From the IMG/VR virus record IMGVR_UViG_3300045988_080648: a stretch of 64,000 nucleotides of DNA; one strand, written 5' to 3'. Positions 9,151 to 17,395 of the stretch are shown in pieces. A program made the position numbers and the translations under genes. Source of the stretch: a virus. Every line of letters begins with the position of its first letter. Position 1 is the first letter of the stretch. A model generated the notes under the pieces. That model worked only from the letters and a program-made list of their open reading frames with translations. It was not told where the DNA came from and did not search any database.

Positions 9151-11184
9151 ATGGAATACTTAGATTTTAGAAATCTTGTTACAGAAGCATGTAATAAGAT
9201 GATTAAAGAGAACAAGCATCTCTTTATTCTTGACACTCAAAAAGAGTTTTTATGGATGACTTATATGGAATCTTTCCCTGAAGGAGCCGTACGTCAAGAA
9301 TTTAACTGTGTAAATTGTAAACATTTCATTACTCGCTATGGAGCATTAGTCTCTGTGGATGAGAATTATAAAATACATTCTTATTGGGAGGATGTTCACG
9401 CTGAAGGAATGTTTGCTAAAGTTGTAGATAATATGTTACAAGTGCTTAAAAATACTAAAATTAGAAATGCATTTGTTACAGAAGAGACTACAATGGGTTG
9501 TAAATGTAATCAGCAGATACTACCTTCTAAAGAAATAATTACTTGGAACCATTTTTATGCTACTCCTACAAGTAATTTAATCATGGATAAGTCTCAGACT
9601 CCAACATTCCGTGCAGGTGCTAAATCTTCACATGATGTATGGTTAAGAACTTTATCTGAAATTAATTATGATTCTGTACAAACAGTATTAGACTTAATTG
9701 CAGATGATAATCTTTATAGAGGTGACACTTATCTGCGACAAGTAAGTGCTTTAAAGACTGCTCTTGATACAATAGAAAATAAGCACTTGGAAGGCTTTGA
9801 GTTGGATAATTATGCCTGGATATCTTCTTGTGTACTTCCTGATGCTGTAACACATATACTTAATAGTGCTATAGGTCAGCTTCTTAAAGATATAACTGAT
9901 ACTAACAATGTTGAAAGTTCAGTTAAGAAGTTTGAAGCTATGGTTGCTCCTTATAATTATAAGAGACCTAAGGGTATTATCACCAAAACTCAGGTAGAAA
10001 ATGCTTATAAAACTGTAGTAGAACTTGGCTATGAAGATTCTTTAGAGCGTCGTCATGCTAAAGTAGAAGATATATCTATTGAAGATGTTATCTTTGTAAA
10101 TAGAGAAACTCGTAAGAGAATGTTAGGAGGATTTGATTCTCTTATGAATGAAACTTCTAATACTAGTAAAACTGCTACAGATTTTGAGAAGACTGCTATC
10201 CCAACAACTATGGAAGAGTTTCTTAATAATATTGTTCCTAAGGCTAGTAAGCTTGAATTATTCTTTGACAATAAGTTAAATAATAATTTAGTAACTCTTA
10301 CTGCCCCAGTTAATAAAGAAGCTCCTTCTATGTTTAAATGGAATAATGGGTTTGCTTGGGCATATAATGGTAATATCTCTGATGCTATTAAGCAACGTGT
10401 CAAAGAGGTAGGAGGTAAGGTAGATGGTTATATGAGAATCTCTCTTCATTGGTATAATTACGATGATTTGGATTTACATATGATAAGTCCTTATGGACAT
10501 GTCTGCTATAGCAATAAACATGACTTACTTGATGTAGATATGAATGCTTGTGGAGGTAGTGCTTTAGAAGAACGTAATAATCCTAAGAAATATTCTCGTA
10601 ACGCTGTAGAAAATATCATTTTCTCAGGAATTCCTAAAGCAGGTACTTATAAAGTATTTGTTAACAACTTTGCTAAAGTTGAAAATATTGATTTAGGATT
10701 TGAAGTAGAAGTAGAGCTCAATGGAGTTATTCATACTTATGTGTATGATAAAGGCGTTCCTCATAAAAGAGATGTTTCAGTATTAGACTTTACTTCTAAT
10801 GGACATGAAGTTGTCTTTACTAAAGAGTATTTAGGTAGTACTACAGCATCTAAAGAAATTTGGGGAGTAAAGACTCAAAACTTTGTTGAAGTATCTGCTA
10901 TATGTTTATCTCCAAATTACTGGGGAAATAATAAAGTAGGTGCTAAGCACTATTTCTTTATGCTGAAGGATTGTAAGAATCCAGATGCTGTTCGTGGATA
11001 TTTTAATGAGTATCTTAAAGACGAACTCACTAAAAATCATAAGAGAGTATTTGAAGTATTAGCATCTAAAGCTTTGACTCCTTATGATGATAATCAGATG
11101 AGTGGTTTAGGATTTATAGCTACTTCTCGTAACCAAATTATGGTTAGAGTAGATTCAGGTAAAATTTATAAAGTAAATATTTAA
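9151..11184 (+). CDS. large hypothetical protein (677 aa). Cys-containing N-terminal region (CVNCKHF, GCKCNQQ) and a conserved-looking C-terminal domain. Function unknown.
   Basis: ORF track. Confidence 0.55.
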   Translation: MEYLDFRNLVTEACNKMIKENKHLFILDTQKEFLWMTYMESFPEGAVRQEFNCVNCKHFITRYGALVSVDENYKIHSYWEDVHAEGMFAKVVDNMLQVLKNTKIRNAFVTEETTMGCKCNQQILPSKEIITWNHFYATPTSNLIMDKSQTPTFRAGAKSSHDVWLRTLSEINYDSVQTVLDLIADDNLYRGDTYLRQVSALKTALDTIENKHLEGFELDNYAWISSCVLPDAVTHILNSAIGQLLKDITDTNNVESSVKKFEAMVAPYNYKRPKGIITKTQVENAYKTVVELGYEDSLERRHAKVEDISIEDVIFVNRETRKRMLGGFDSLMNETSNTSKTATDFEKTAIPTTMEEFLNNIVPKASKLELFFDNKLNNNLVTLTAPVNKEAPSMFKWNNGFAWAYNGNISDAIKQRVKEVGGKVDGYMRISLHWYNYDDLDLHMISPYGHVCYSNKHDLLDVDMNACGGSALEERNNPKKYSRNAVENIIFSGIPKAGTYKVFVNNFAKVENIDLGFEVEVELNGVIHTYVYDKGVPHKRDVSVLDFTSNGHEVVFTKEYLGSTTASKEIWGVKTQNFVEVSAICLSPNYWGNNKVGAKHYFFMLKDCKNPDAVRGYFNEYLKDELTKNHKRVFEVLASKALTPYDDNQMSGLGFIATSRNQIMVRVDSGKIYKVNI

Positions 11185-11196
11185 TAATTAACAACA

Positions 11197-11565
11197 ATGT
11201 ACAAAGAAGCATTACAGAAGAAATTACGTTTTAAGACAAACAAGGGTATGGTTACTACAGAAGATTTGTTCGACTTATCTCTGCAGAATCTTAATACTTT
11301 AGCTATTATGCTGGATAAGAAGATTAGTGAGGCTCCTAAGAAATCCTTCATTGAAGAGCTTCCAGCTGAAGAAAATGATGATGAACTTCGTTTCAGCATC
11401 GTAAAAGATGTAATTAATATTAAATTAAAGGCTCGTAAAGATAATATTGATAGAGCACAGATTGATGCTCGTAACAAACGTATTGCTGAGCTTATCGCAA
11501 AGAAAGAGGACGAAGCTCTTGAGAATAAATCTATTGAAGAGCTTCGTGCTATGATTCAGAATTAA
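11197..11565 (+). CDS. hypothetical protein (122 aa), charged/coiled-coil
   Basis: ORF track. Confidence 0.5.
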   Translation: MYKEALQKKLRFKTNKGMVTTEDLFDLSLQNLNTLAIMLDKKISEAPKKSFIEELPAEENDDELRFSIVKDVINIKLKARKDNIDRAQIDARNKRIAELIAKKEDEALENKSIEELRAMIQN

Positions 11566-11692
11566 AATTTTTAAGATTTTATTTTTAGAAAAAAAATTCA
11601 CAACTATAATAACCTCAGTAATAAGGAATACTTATTGAACGTTGTGAAACGTGAATTATAGTCGTGATAATTAAAAGGAAACTCAATCTTTT

Positions 11693-11722
11693 GAGGGGAC
11701 TCTATTTAGAGTTCCCTCTTTT
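11693..11722 (+). terminator. rho-independent terminator (GAGGGGACTCTA / TAGAGTTCCCTC hairpin, then TTTT)
   Basis: 12-bp stem with one G-U pair plus T-run. Confidence 0.7.
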
Positions 11723-11730
11723 GATTTATT

Positions 11731-11952
11731 ATGACTAGCAAATTTAAATTGTATGAAAGTATTGTCTTAGACAATATCAAATTTACAGTTAGTAATATTA
11801 GTGTAATTCCACAATGTGCTCAATATATAGATAATAAATTTGTCTATTTATTTGATTTTAATTACTCTTTAAGTTATGGGGATTACAAGATAGAACTCAC
11901 AGAAACAGAAATAAATAATTTAATTAAAAATAATAAAGTAAACAAAAATTAA
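11731..11952 (+). CDS. hypothetical protein (73 aa)
   Basis: ORF track. Confidence 0.4.
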   Translation: MTSKFKLYESIVLDNIKFTVSNISVIPQCAQYIDNKFVYLFDFNYSLSYGDYKIELTETEINNLIKNNKVNKN

Positions 11953-12113
11953 CTTTTATAATTCTTATAATTAAATTATATTTATACCACAAACGGGTTA
12001 GGACTGTTATAGTTACGAATTTCATGATTCCCAGATGTATATATCTATAAATATACTGACTTTTTTGAAGATTTCAACATGAAATTGGAAGGGTCGTACT
12101 TACCTTAGTACAC

Positions 12114-12146
12114 AGAACCGAGAATTGGGAAGTTCTCGGTTCATTT
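12114..12146 (+). terminator. rho-independent terminator (GAACCGAGAA loop TTCTCGGTTC, then ATTTTT). It may close a short non-coding transcript from about 11990-12113.
   Basis: Perfect 10-bp inverted repeat plus T-run. No ORF upstream for about 150 nt. Confidence 0.6.
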
Positions 12147-12223
12147 TTAAATTTTATTAAAATTATATTTTGAATAATAAAATTTAGATTTATAATAGTC
12201 AATACAATAAAAAAGAATAAAAA

Positions 12224-12379
12224 ATGAAGAAATTACTTGTACTTAGTGTATTATTTACACTCTTGAGTTGTTCTACTGGTTCAAATAATTCAGTAAATTC
12301 AACTTCAAATGATTCTGTTAATGTTGATACTACAGTAGTTGATACTACTGCTATTGATTCAACTGTATGTCCTGATTAA
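12224..12379 (+). CDS. small putative lipoprotein (51 aa; MKKLLVLSVLFTLLSCSTGSN, lipobox L-S-C)
   Basis: Hand translation. Signal peptide plus lipobox. Followed by the hairpin GTCCTGATTAATCAGGAC. Confidence 0.4.
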   Translation: MKKLLVLSVLFTLLSCSTGSNNSVNSTSNDSVNVDTTVVDTTAIDSTVCPD

Positions 12380-12390
12380 TCAGGACTTTC

Positions 12391-12471
12391 GTCTAGATAG
12401 CCAAGTGGTCAACGGCAGCAAGCTGTTAACTTGCCCCGAAAGGTTCCTAGGTTCGAATCCTAGTCTAGGCG
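12391..12471 (+). tRNA. tRNA with a type-II scaffold: long variable arm CCCGAAAGGTTC, Ser/Tyr-like D arm and T arm CTAGG-TTCGAAT-CCTAG. The anticodon loop CTGTTAA gives anticodon GTT (nominally Asn).
   Basis: Cloverleaf folded by hand. 7-bp acceptor stem GTCTAGA/TCTAGGC with one G-U pair. 3-bp D stem. Anticodon stem GCAAG/CTTGC. The variable arm is near-identical to the E. coli tRNA-Ser arm CGACCCGAAAGGGTTC. Confidence 0.5.
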
Positions 12472-12474
12472 CAT

Positions 12475-12545
12475 GGAGTATTAAGCCCTGTTGGTAAGGG
12501 AACTAGACTGTCACTCTAGTAAAACTAAGGGTCACTTATATTCCG
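12475..12545 (+). tRNA. degenerate tRNA-like element. Acceptor GGAGTAT/ATATTCC, D arm CCCT-GTTGGTA-AGGG and an anticodon arm CTAGA-CTGTCAC-TCTAG (GTC, Asp-like) are present. The T arm is vestigial.
   Basis: Hand folding. Three of the four arms are convincing; the T arm region AAAACTAAGGGTCACTT is not canonical. Confidence 0.2.
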
Positions 12546-12690
12546 CAAATAATGGAGAGCACCTAGCAGTTAACTAGGTAGTTGTTAGAGGTAGCGGTGG
12601 CGATCCACGAGTATGCCTGATAGCTCAATGTATTATTAGAATATGGTCATGATAGTTCGCCCGTCTAATGCCATATTCGCTTTTATTTAA

Positions 12691-12763
12691 GCTTCTATAG
12701 CACAATTGACAGTGCAGCATTTTTGTAAAATGCAGGTTATTGGTTTGAGTCCAATTAGAAGCT
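12691..12763 (+). tRNA. tRNA-Thr (anticodon TGT)
   Basis: Acceptor GCTTCTA/TAGAAGC (7 bp). D stem GCAC/GTGC. Anticodon stem GCATT/AATGC with loop TTTGTAA. T arm ATTGG-TTTGAGT-CCAAT, whose T loop is TTT rather than TTC. Confidence 0.6.
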
Positions 12764-12774
12764 CTTTATTTATA

Positions 12775-12841
12775 TTTGAGGTGAGTGAAACGGCTTACAC
12801 CTCGAACTAAACGGTCATTGGTTTGAATCCAATACCTACAA
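12775..12841 (+). tRNA. tRNA-like remnant. A 9-bp hairpin TTTGAGGTG...CACCTCGAA is followed by a canonical-looking T arm ATTGG-TTTGAAT-CCAAT. No acceptor pairing was found.
   Basis: Hand folding. Only the T arm is convincing. Confidence 0.15.
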
Positions 12842-12864
12842 CTAATTAAAAAAAAATAAATAAT

Positions 12865-13341
12865 ATGGAAAAAACTTTTAATTATCAATCTGACGCAAAT
12901 TTTTATGATAAAAAGGATTTTATTATAGCTGTATTAAAAAGAAAAATAAATAGTTTTAAAGAGTATGATGCTGAAAGAAAAAAGCATTATGCTGGACTAG
13001 AACAAAAAATCGGAGAATTAGAATCCTATATAGATGAATTAGAAGATGGACTTAATATAGACTCTTTAAATAATAAGATTCAATCTTTAGAAAAGAAAGT
13101 TGAAAAACAAAATCTTAAAATTAAAGAATTACAAGCTAAAGTTAATATATCTTTATTTGATGATACTAAGTCTTTTGAAGAATTAAAATCTATAGCAAAT
13201 AATTTAAAGAACTTTAATAGTATGAAATTGGCTGTTAAAGATCTTAGAAAACGGCTTAAAGATAATAAAAATACTATATCTGATTTAATATATAAATTAA
13301 CACAAGCTAAACTTAAAATAAAACAATTAACTGGAGAGTAA
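12865..13341 (+). CDS. coiled-coil protein (158 aa) embedded in the tRNA island
   Basis: ORF track. Heptad-rich E/K/L sequence. Confidence 0.5.
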   Translation: MEKTFNYQSDANFYDKKDFIIAVLKRKINSFKEYDAERKKHYAGLEQKIGELESYIDELEDGLNIDSLNNKIQSLEKKVEKQNLKIKELQAKVNISLFDDTKSFEELKSIANNLKNFNSMKLAVKDLRKRLKDNKNTISDLIYKLTQAKLKIKQLTGE

Positions 13342-13351
13342 TCTCCAATTT

Positions 13352-13425
13352 GGGGCGTCGGCTCAAGTGGTCAGCACCTGCTTTGCACGCAGGCATTCTT
13401 AGGAGTTCGAATCTCCTACGCTCCA
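13352..13425 (+). tRNA. tRNA-Ala (anticodon TGC)
   Basis: Acceptor GGGGCGT/ACGCTCC with the G3-U70 alanine identity pair. Anticodon arm CCTGC-TTTGCAC-GCAGG is identical to the E. coli tRNA-Ala arm. T arm AGGAG-TTCGAAT-CTCCT. Discriminator A. Confidence 0.75.
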
Positions 13426-13437
13426 CTATTAAACAAT

Positions 13438-13515
13438 GTGAGATTAGTGTAGTTGAAGGCGCACATCACACTTCCAATGTGAAGGCTTGCGTGGGTTTGA
13501 TTCCCACATCTCACA
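13438..13515 (+). tRNA. tRNA-Gly (anticodon TCC). 78 nt, slightly irregular, with extra nucleotides at the D/anticodon junction and in the variable region.
   Basis: Acceptor GTGAGAT/ATCTCAC (perfect 7 bp). Anticodon arm TCACA-CTTCCAA-TGTGA. T arm GTGGG-TTTGATT-CCCAC. Confidence 0.55.
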
Positions 13516-13914
13516 CTATGATAAAGCTCTAGAATACTAGTTACAGGAGCAACGTAACTTATAGGGTGCCTCTCAACGATGCATACTCGCCTATTAGGTG
13601 TCGTAGAACCTACGAACTGGAATGGTTTGATGTTTTTTGCATTCCTACAGAATCCTAAATAATAAAAATAGAGACCATGTCTCTGACAGGGACCATTCCT
13701 GGGATTCTTAATTTTTTAAACTCTCCTCCTAGATATTTTATAAGTTAAACTTTAAATTTGATTTATTATGATGAGAATTTTAAAAAGAACTTTAAAAGCA
13801 TTTAAGAAGGGTTGGATTTGGTATGTTACTCAGTATTCTAGATTATACATGCCTCCAATTATTTAATCTTATTATTTAATTTGTAAGTACCAAAGGGGTA
13901 CTTACTGATGTTCG

Positions 13915-13940
13915 GTCGGGCAGTGAGCTCGACTTTTTTT
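13915..13940 (+). terminator. rho-independent terminator (GTCGGGC loop AGTGA GCTCGAC, then TTTTTTT). It is preceded by a second hairpin GTAAGTACC...GGTACTTAC at 13883-13906.
   Basis: Inverted repeat plus T7 run. Confidence 0.7.
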
Positions 13941-13942
13941 GT

Positions 13943-14341
13943 TTGTATACATTTTTAAAAATTTTATATATTATGAGAATAATTAATACAGTTGAAACAA
14001 CATTAAATAATATTAATGGTGCTACCTGGATTAATAACGTTAAAATAGAAGGAGCACAAACCATTAGTATTAATAATGGTAAAATTTATGTAAATGGAAA
14101 TTTAAGAGAAGATCTTGAAAGTCCATCTATAGAAGTAAAAATAGAAGGTAATGTAGCTAGTGTACATACTGGCAGTGGTAATGTTTCAGTTACAGGAGAT
14201 GTCACAACTATTAATACAACTAGTGGTGATGTAACTTGTAAAGACGTTAAAGGTGGAGTATCAACAATGAGTGGTGATGTTACTTGTAATAATATTACAG
14301 GAAATGTTAGTACTATGAGTGGTGATATATATTATAACTAA
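13943..14341 (+). CDS. beta-strand repeat protein with about 9-10 aa periodic repeats (GNVASVHTGSGNVSVTGDVTTINTTSGDVTCKDVKGGVSTMSGDVTCNNITGNVSTMSGDI). Bactofilin-like or beta-helix fold is suspected. The likely true start is M at 13976 (MRIINTVE...).
   Basis: ORF track. Repeat pattern seen in the translation. Confidence 0.45.
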   Translation: MYTFLKILYIMRIINTVETTLNNINGATWINNVKIEGAQTISINNGKIYVNGNLREDLESPSIEVKIEGNVASVHTGSGNVSVTGDVTTINTTSGDVTCKDVKGGVSTMSGDVTCNNITGNVSTMSGDIYYN

Positions 14342-14355
14342 AAAGATTATTTATA

Positions 14356-14739
14356 ATGAGAAGATTTAAATTTATATTAATATTATTATGTTTATTATGC
14401 ACTAAAAGTATTGCTCAAACAATAACTCATGTAACTCTTACTTGTTATCAACCAGTAAAGAGTCAGTGTGACAGTAAACCATTAATTACAGCTGATGGTT
14501 CTAAAATTAATTTACATCATTTAAAACATAATAAAATCAAGTGGTGTGCTGTATCTCGTGATTTACTTTATTTATTTCCAAAGAATAAACCTAAAAAAGT
14601 ATTTATAGAAGGCTTTGGAATATATGAAGTTAGGGATGTCATGCATAAAAGACATAAACATCGTATTGATATATTAATACATCCAAAAAATTCTAAACGA
14701 ATTAGTATTAAGAACGTAAAAGTTAAAATTCTTAAATAA
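14356..14739 (+). CDS. secreted 3D-domain (MltA/YuiC-like) peptidoglycan hydrolase. It has a signal peptide and the conserved pattern T.Y...AVS.D......IEGFGIYEVRDVM...HRIDIL.
   Basis: ORF track. 3D-domain signature residues read from the translation. Confidence 0.55.
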   Translation: MRRFKFILILLCLLCTKSIAQTITHVTLTCYQPVKSQCDSKPLITADGSKINLHHLKHNKIKWCAVSRDLLYLFPKNKPKKVFIEGFGIYEVRDVMHKRHKHRIDILIHPKNSKRISIKNVKVKILK

Positions 14740-14931
14740 TATGTTATAAATATAACTATTATGCAAGTAATACTTTATAATTATTAAAAACTTTAAAAAA
14801 TGAATTTTTTAACTATATGATGACATTAAAAGAAGCTGTAGAAGCCTTTGATGGCAAGAAGAAAGGGACTAGTAGGTTTATCTTATTAGTCCCTATTTTT
14901 GTATTAGCATTACTAATATTTATTAATTTAA

Positions 14932-15132
14932 ATGGTTAAGTATAAAAAGTGTGGAGCACTACGAATTAGAATAGATGGTAATAAATGTATTGTAGTAAAT
15001 CTTAAATTACCTTCTATTACTAGTCGTAGTACTTCGTATTTAGATTTTTTAAGAGAAACTATTATAGATAGTAATAAGCAAGAGTTTAATAATGCTGTAG
15101 AAACAATTTGTACTAGAATTAAATCTTTATAG
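14932..15132 (+). CDS. hypothetical small protein
   Basis: ORF track. Confidence 0.35.
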   Translation: MVKYKKCGALRIRIDGNKCIVVNLKLPSITSRSTSYLDFLRETIIDSNKQEFNNAVETICTRIKSL

Positions 15133-15193
15133 TATTATCTTACTTATCATAACGCAGATGATTATTAGTAGAAAATTATTAATATGATTAAAT

Positions 15194-15376
15194 GTGTTTA
15201 TTGATTTAACATTAGACGATGACAATATTAATAGAAGATATTTAATAGCCGTAGATGATATTTCCTTAGTAGAAGAAGTTGGTGAAAGCTCTTACATTAT
15301 GTTAAAGAGTGGAGGCTGCTTATCTGTGAAGGAATCTATTGATTATATAAAATCTCTATTAGACAATGTCAAATGA
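15194..15376 (+). CDS. hypothetical small protein
   Basis: ORF track. Confidence 0.35.
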   Translation: MFIDLTLDDDNINRRYLIAVDDISLVEEVGESSYIMLKSGGCLSVKESIDYIKSLLDNVK

Positions 15377-15590
15377 TAAGGTAAAAATAGATTTAGGGTG
15401 TGGAACTTCACTTATCCCAGGATCTTTCCTGATTTTATTGATAGCTAAAGTTATTCTACACTCAGATATTTCTTGGTTAGTTGTTTTTAGTCCACTCTTA
15501 ATAGGAATAGGACTTATAATTATACTTTGTATTATATGGATAATTTTATATTGTATATCTAATGGAAGATCTAACAGATATTATAAGTGA
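15366..15590 (+). CDS. small membrane protein with two TM helices. Possible holin-like protein (speculative).
   Basis: ORF track. Two hydrophobic helices. Confidence 0.3.
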   Translation: MSNDKVKIDLGCGTSLIPGSFLILLIAKVILHSDISWLVVFSPLLIGIGLIIILCIIWIILYCISNGRSNRYYK

Positions 15591-15626
15591 TCTAGATGAT
15601 TATTGGAATGATCTAGAAGCGGACTA

Positions 15627-15809
15627 TTGGAATTCTTTAGAAAAAGAAGGACTATGAATTCAGATACTTATGAAATAAAAGCAAATAAAGCTTGGAAAAC
15701 ATTAATTACAAAGTCTCCTTATCTATTAATGTCTAGTAAAGAATTAGAAAAATGTAAAGGCTTTTTTATTCTAGGATATTATACAGCAATTAGAGATTTT
15801 CACTTATGA
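15627..15809 (+). CDS. hypothetical small protein
   Basis: ORF track. Confidence 0.3.
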   Translation: MEFFRKRRTMNSDTYEIKANKAWKTLITKSPYLLMSSKELEKCKGFFILGYYTAIRDFHL

Positions 15810-16033
15810 AGTATCAAAAAGCTAGTCAAGTATCTTTATTAGTAGAATTAATTAAATCTTCTGAAATAGTGTCTAAAGAATACTCTGAAGCACGTATATC
15901 AGAAGATTTAATTTCTAATATAAAGATATTGTGTATGAAAGATAATAGTTTTAGAAGAAGTTTCTATAGTATAATGCAGAAACTTGGAAAGAAATATTTA
16001 GATATTTATATAAATAAATTATCAGAGTTATGA
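15806..16033 (+). CDS. hypothetical small protein
   Basis: ORF track. Confidence 0.35.
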   Translation: MKYQKASQVSLLVELIKSSEIVSKEYSEARISEDLISNIKILCMKDNSFRRSFYSIMQKLGKKYLDIYINKLSEL

Positions 16034-16115
16034 TAAAAATCAATGGAGTAGTTTATCCTATGCTTCAAGAACTTTTTGCTAATGATTCAACAATAACTAT
16101 TTATATTTATAAATT

Positions 16116-16925
16116 ATGCAACAATTAAATTTAGTACGTCTAGAAGATAGTGATATTAAGTATTCTATCTCTAGATTTCCAGATGGGGAAGTACAAATTT
16201 CCTTAGGAGAATTCAGTCATAAGGAGCAAGTATTAGTAAAATGTAGAGTTACTAATGCTGAAGACTTATTTATACTTATGCAAGTTTTAGATATTCTTGA
16301 TAGACATGAAGTTCTATATAAATTAAATATCTATTACTTAATGAGTATGAGAATGGATCGAATAATGGATTTCAATAGACCATTCACTTTAAAAATAGTT
16401 TTAAATATATTAAAAAATTGTAATGCAGAGACTATTGAAATTCTAGAACCTCATTCTGATGTTTATTATGATCCTAGATTTGGAGTTAAATTCATGCCTC
16501 TTTATAGCGAAAAGAATCCGTCTAATAATACTTGGGCAGAATTTCAATTAGTTTTTCCAGATGCCGGAGCTGTAAAGAGAAATGAATTCAGATATAATCG
16601 CGTAGGAATTACTTGTAGTAAAATTCGAGATTTAACTACTGGAATAATCTTAGAGATTAAAATAGATAATCCTGAAAATATACAGGATAAACCTCTGTTA
16701 ATTCTTGATGATTTATGTGATGGTGGTGGAACCTTCTGTGGTATTGCTAAAGCATTTAATGCTTTAGGTATTCCTAAAGAGCGTTTAAATATTGCAGTTA
16801 CTCATATGGTAAATCCTAAGGGTATAAAGAATTTATCAGAAAACTTTAATCACGTATGGTTTACTAACTCTTATAAAGACTGGGATAATCTTCCTGAGAA
16901 TGTTACAATGTTTAAGGTTATTTAA
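16116..16925 (+). CDS. prs: ribose-phosphate pyrophosphokinase-like protein (PRPP synthetase / phosphoribosyltransferase fold)
   Basis: ORF track. PRPP-binding motif LLILDDLCDGGGTF, matching the PRTase hhhhDDhh.TGGT signature. N-terminal FPDGE box. Confidence 0.65.
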   Translation: MQQLNLVRLEDSDIKYSISRFPDGEVQISLGEFSHKEQVLVKCRVTNAEDLFILMQVLDILDRHEVLYKLNIYYLMSMRMDRIMDFNRPFTLKIVLNILKNCNAETIEILEPHSDVYYDPRFGVKFMPLYSEKNPSNNTWAEFQLVFPDAGAVKRNEFRYNRVGITCSKIRDLTTGIILEIKIDNPENIQDKPLLILDDLCDGGGTFCGIAKAFNALGIPKERLNIAVTHMVNPKGIKNLSENFNHVWFTNSYKDWDNLPENVTMFKVI

Positions 16926-17066
16926 TGTATATTTTAGGACTTATTATAACTATTATTTTGGTAATAATTATAATTGATCCAAAATTAGATATTACAGATA
17001 ATCAATGTATATTGTGGTATTCAAATTTAGAAGGAGAACGTTGTTATTTAATACTTTGGAATAAAA

Positions 17067-17393
17067 ATGATCGTTATAAATAAAAATGAATTAGATCCTA
17101 ACTTAATTCATGATATTAATTTAGAGTTAGAAGCATTATTTACAGATAATAGAACTTGGGAAATTAGTTCTAGTACTGGAGATTTAGATGATGCTTCAGA
17201 TGTACGAATTGTTATTAAAGGTGAGGGACATTGTTATATTTCCACAATAAGTGATACTGAAAAGTACATTAAGGATTTATTAGATGGTTATAGAAAAGCT
17301 CATAATTTTGATACTTTTTGTATGTCTACAACGTATTTTGATCCTGAAAAGAACGGAATAGTATTTGAATATGCAGATTACATATCTTTATAA
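17067..17393 (+). CDS. hypothetical protein (108 aa)
   Basis: ORF track. Confidence 0.45.
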   Translation: MIVINKNELDPNLIHDINLELEALFTDNRTWEISSSTGDLDDASDVRIVIKGEGHCYISTISDTEKYIKDLLDGYRKAHNFDTFCMSTTYFDPEKNGIVFEYADYISL

Positions 17394-17395
17394 TT

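Noticed and set aside
12370-12390. Hairpin GTCCTGATTAATCAGGAC followed by TTTC as a terminator
   Set aside because: The T-run is only three residues and it abuts the first tRNA. It is more likely a processing or stability hairpin. Not listed as a terminator.
13350-13532. Track ORF 13350-13532 (60 aa)
   Set aside because: It coincides exactly with tRNA-Ala and tRNA-Gly. Its translation (GRRLKWSAPALHAGILRSSNLLRS...) is not protein-like.
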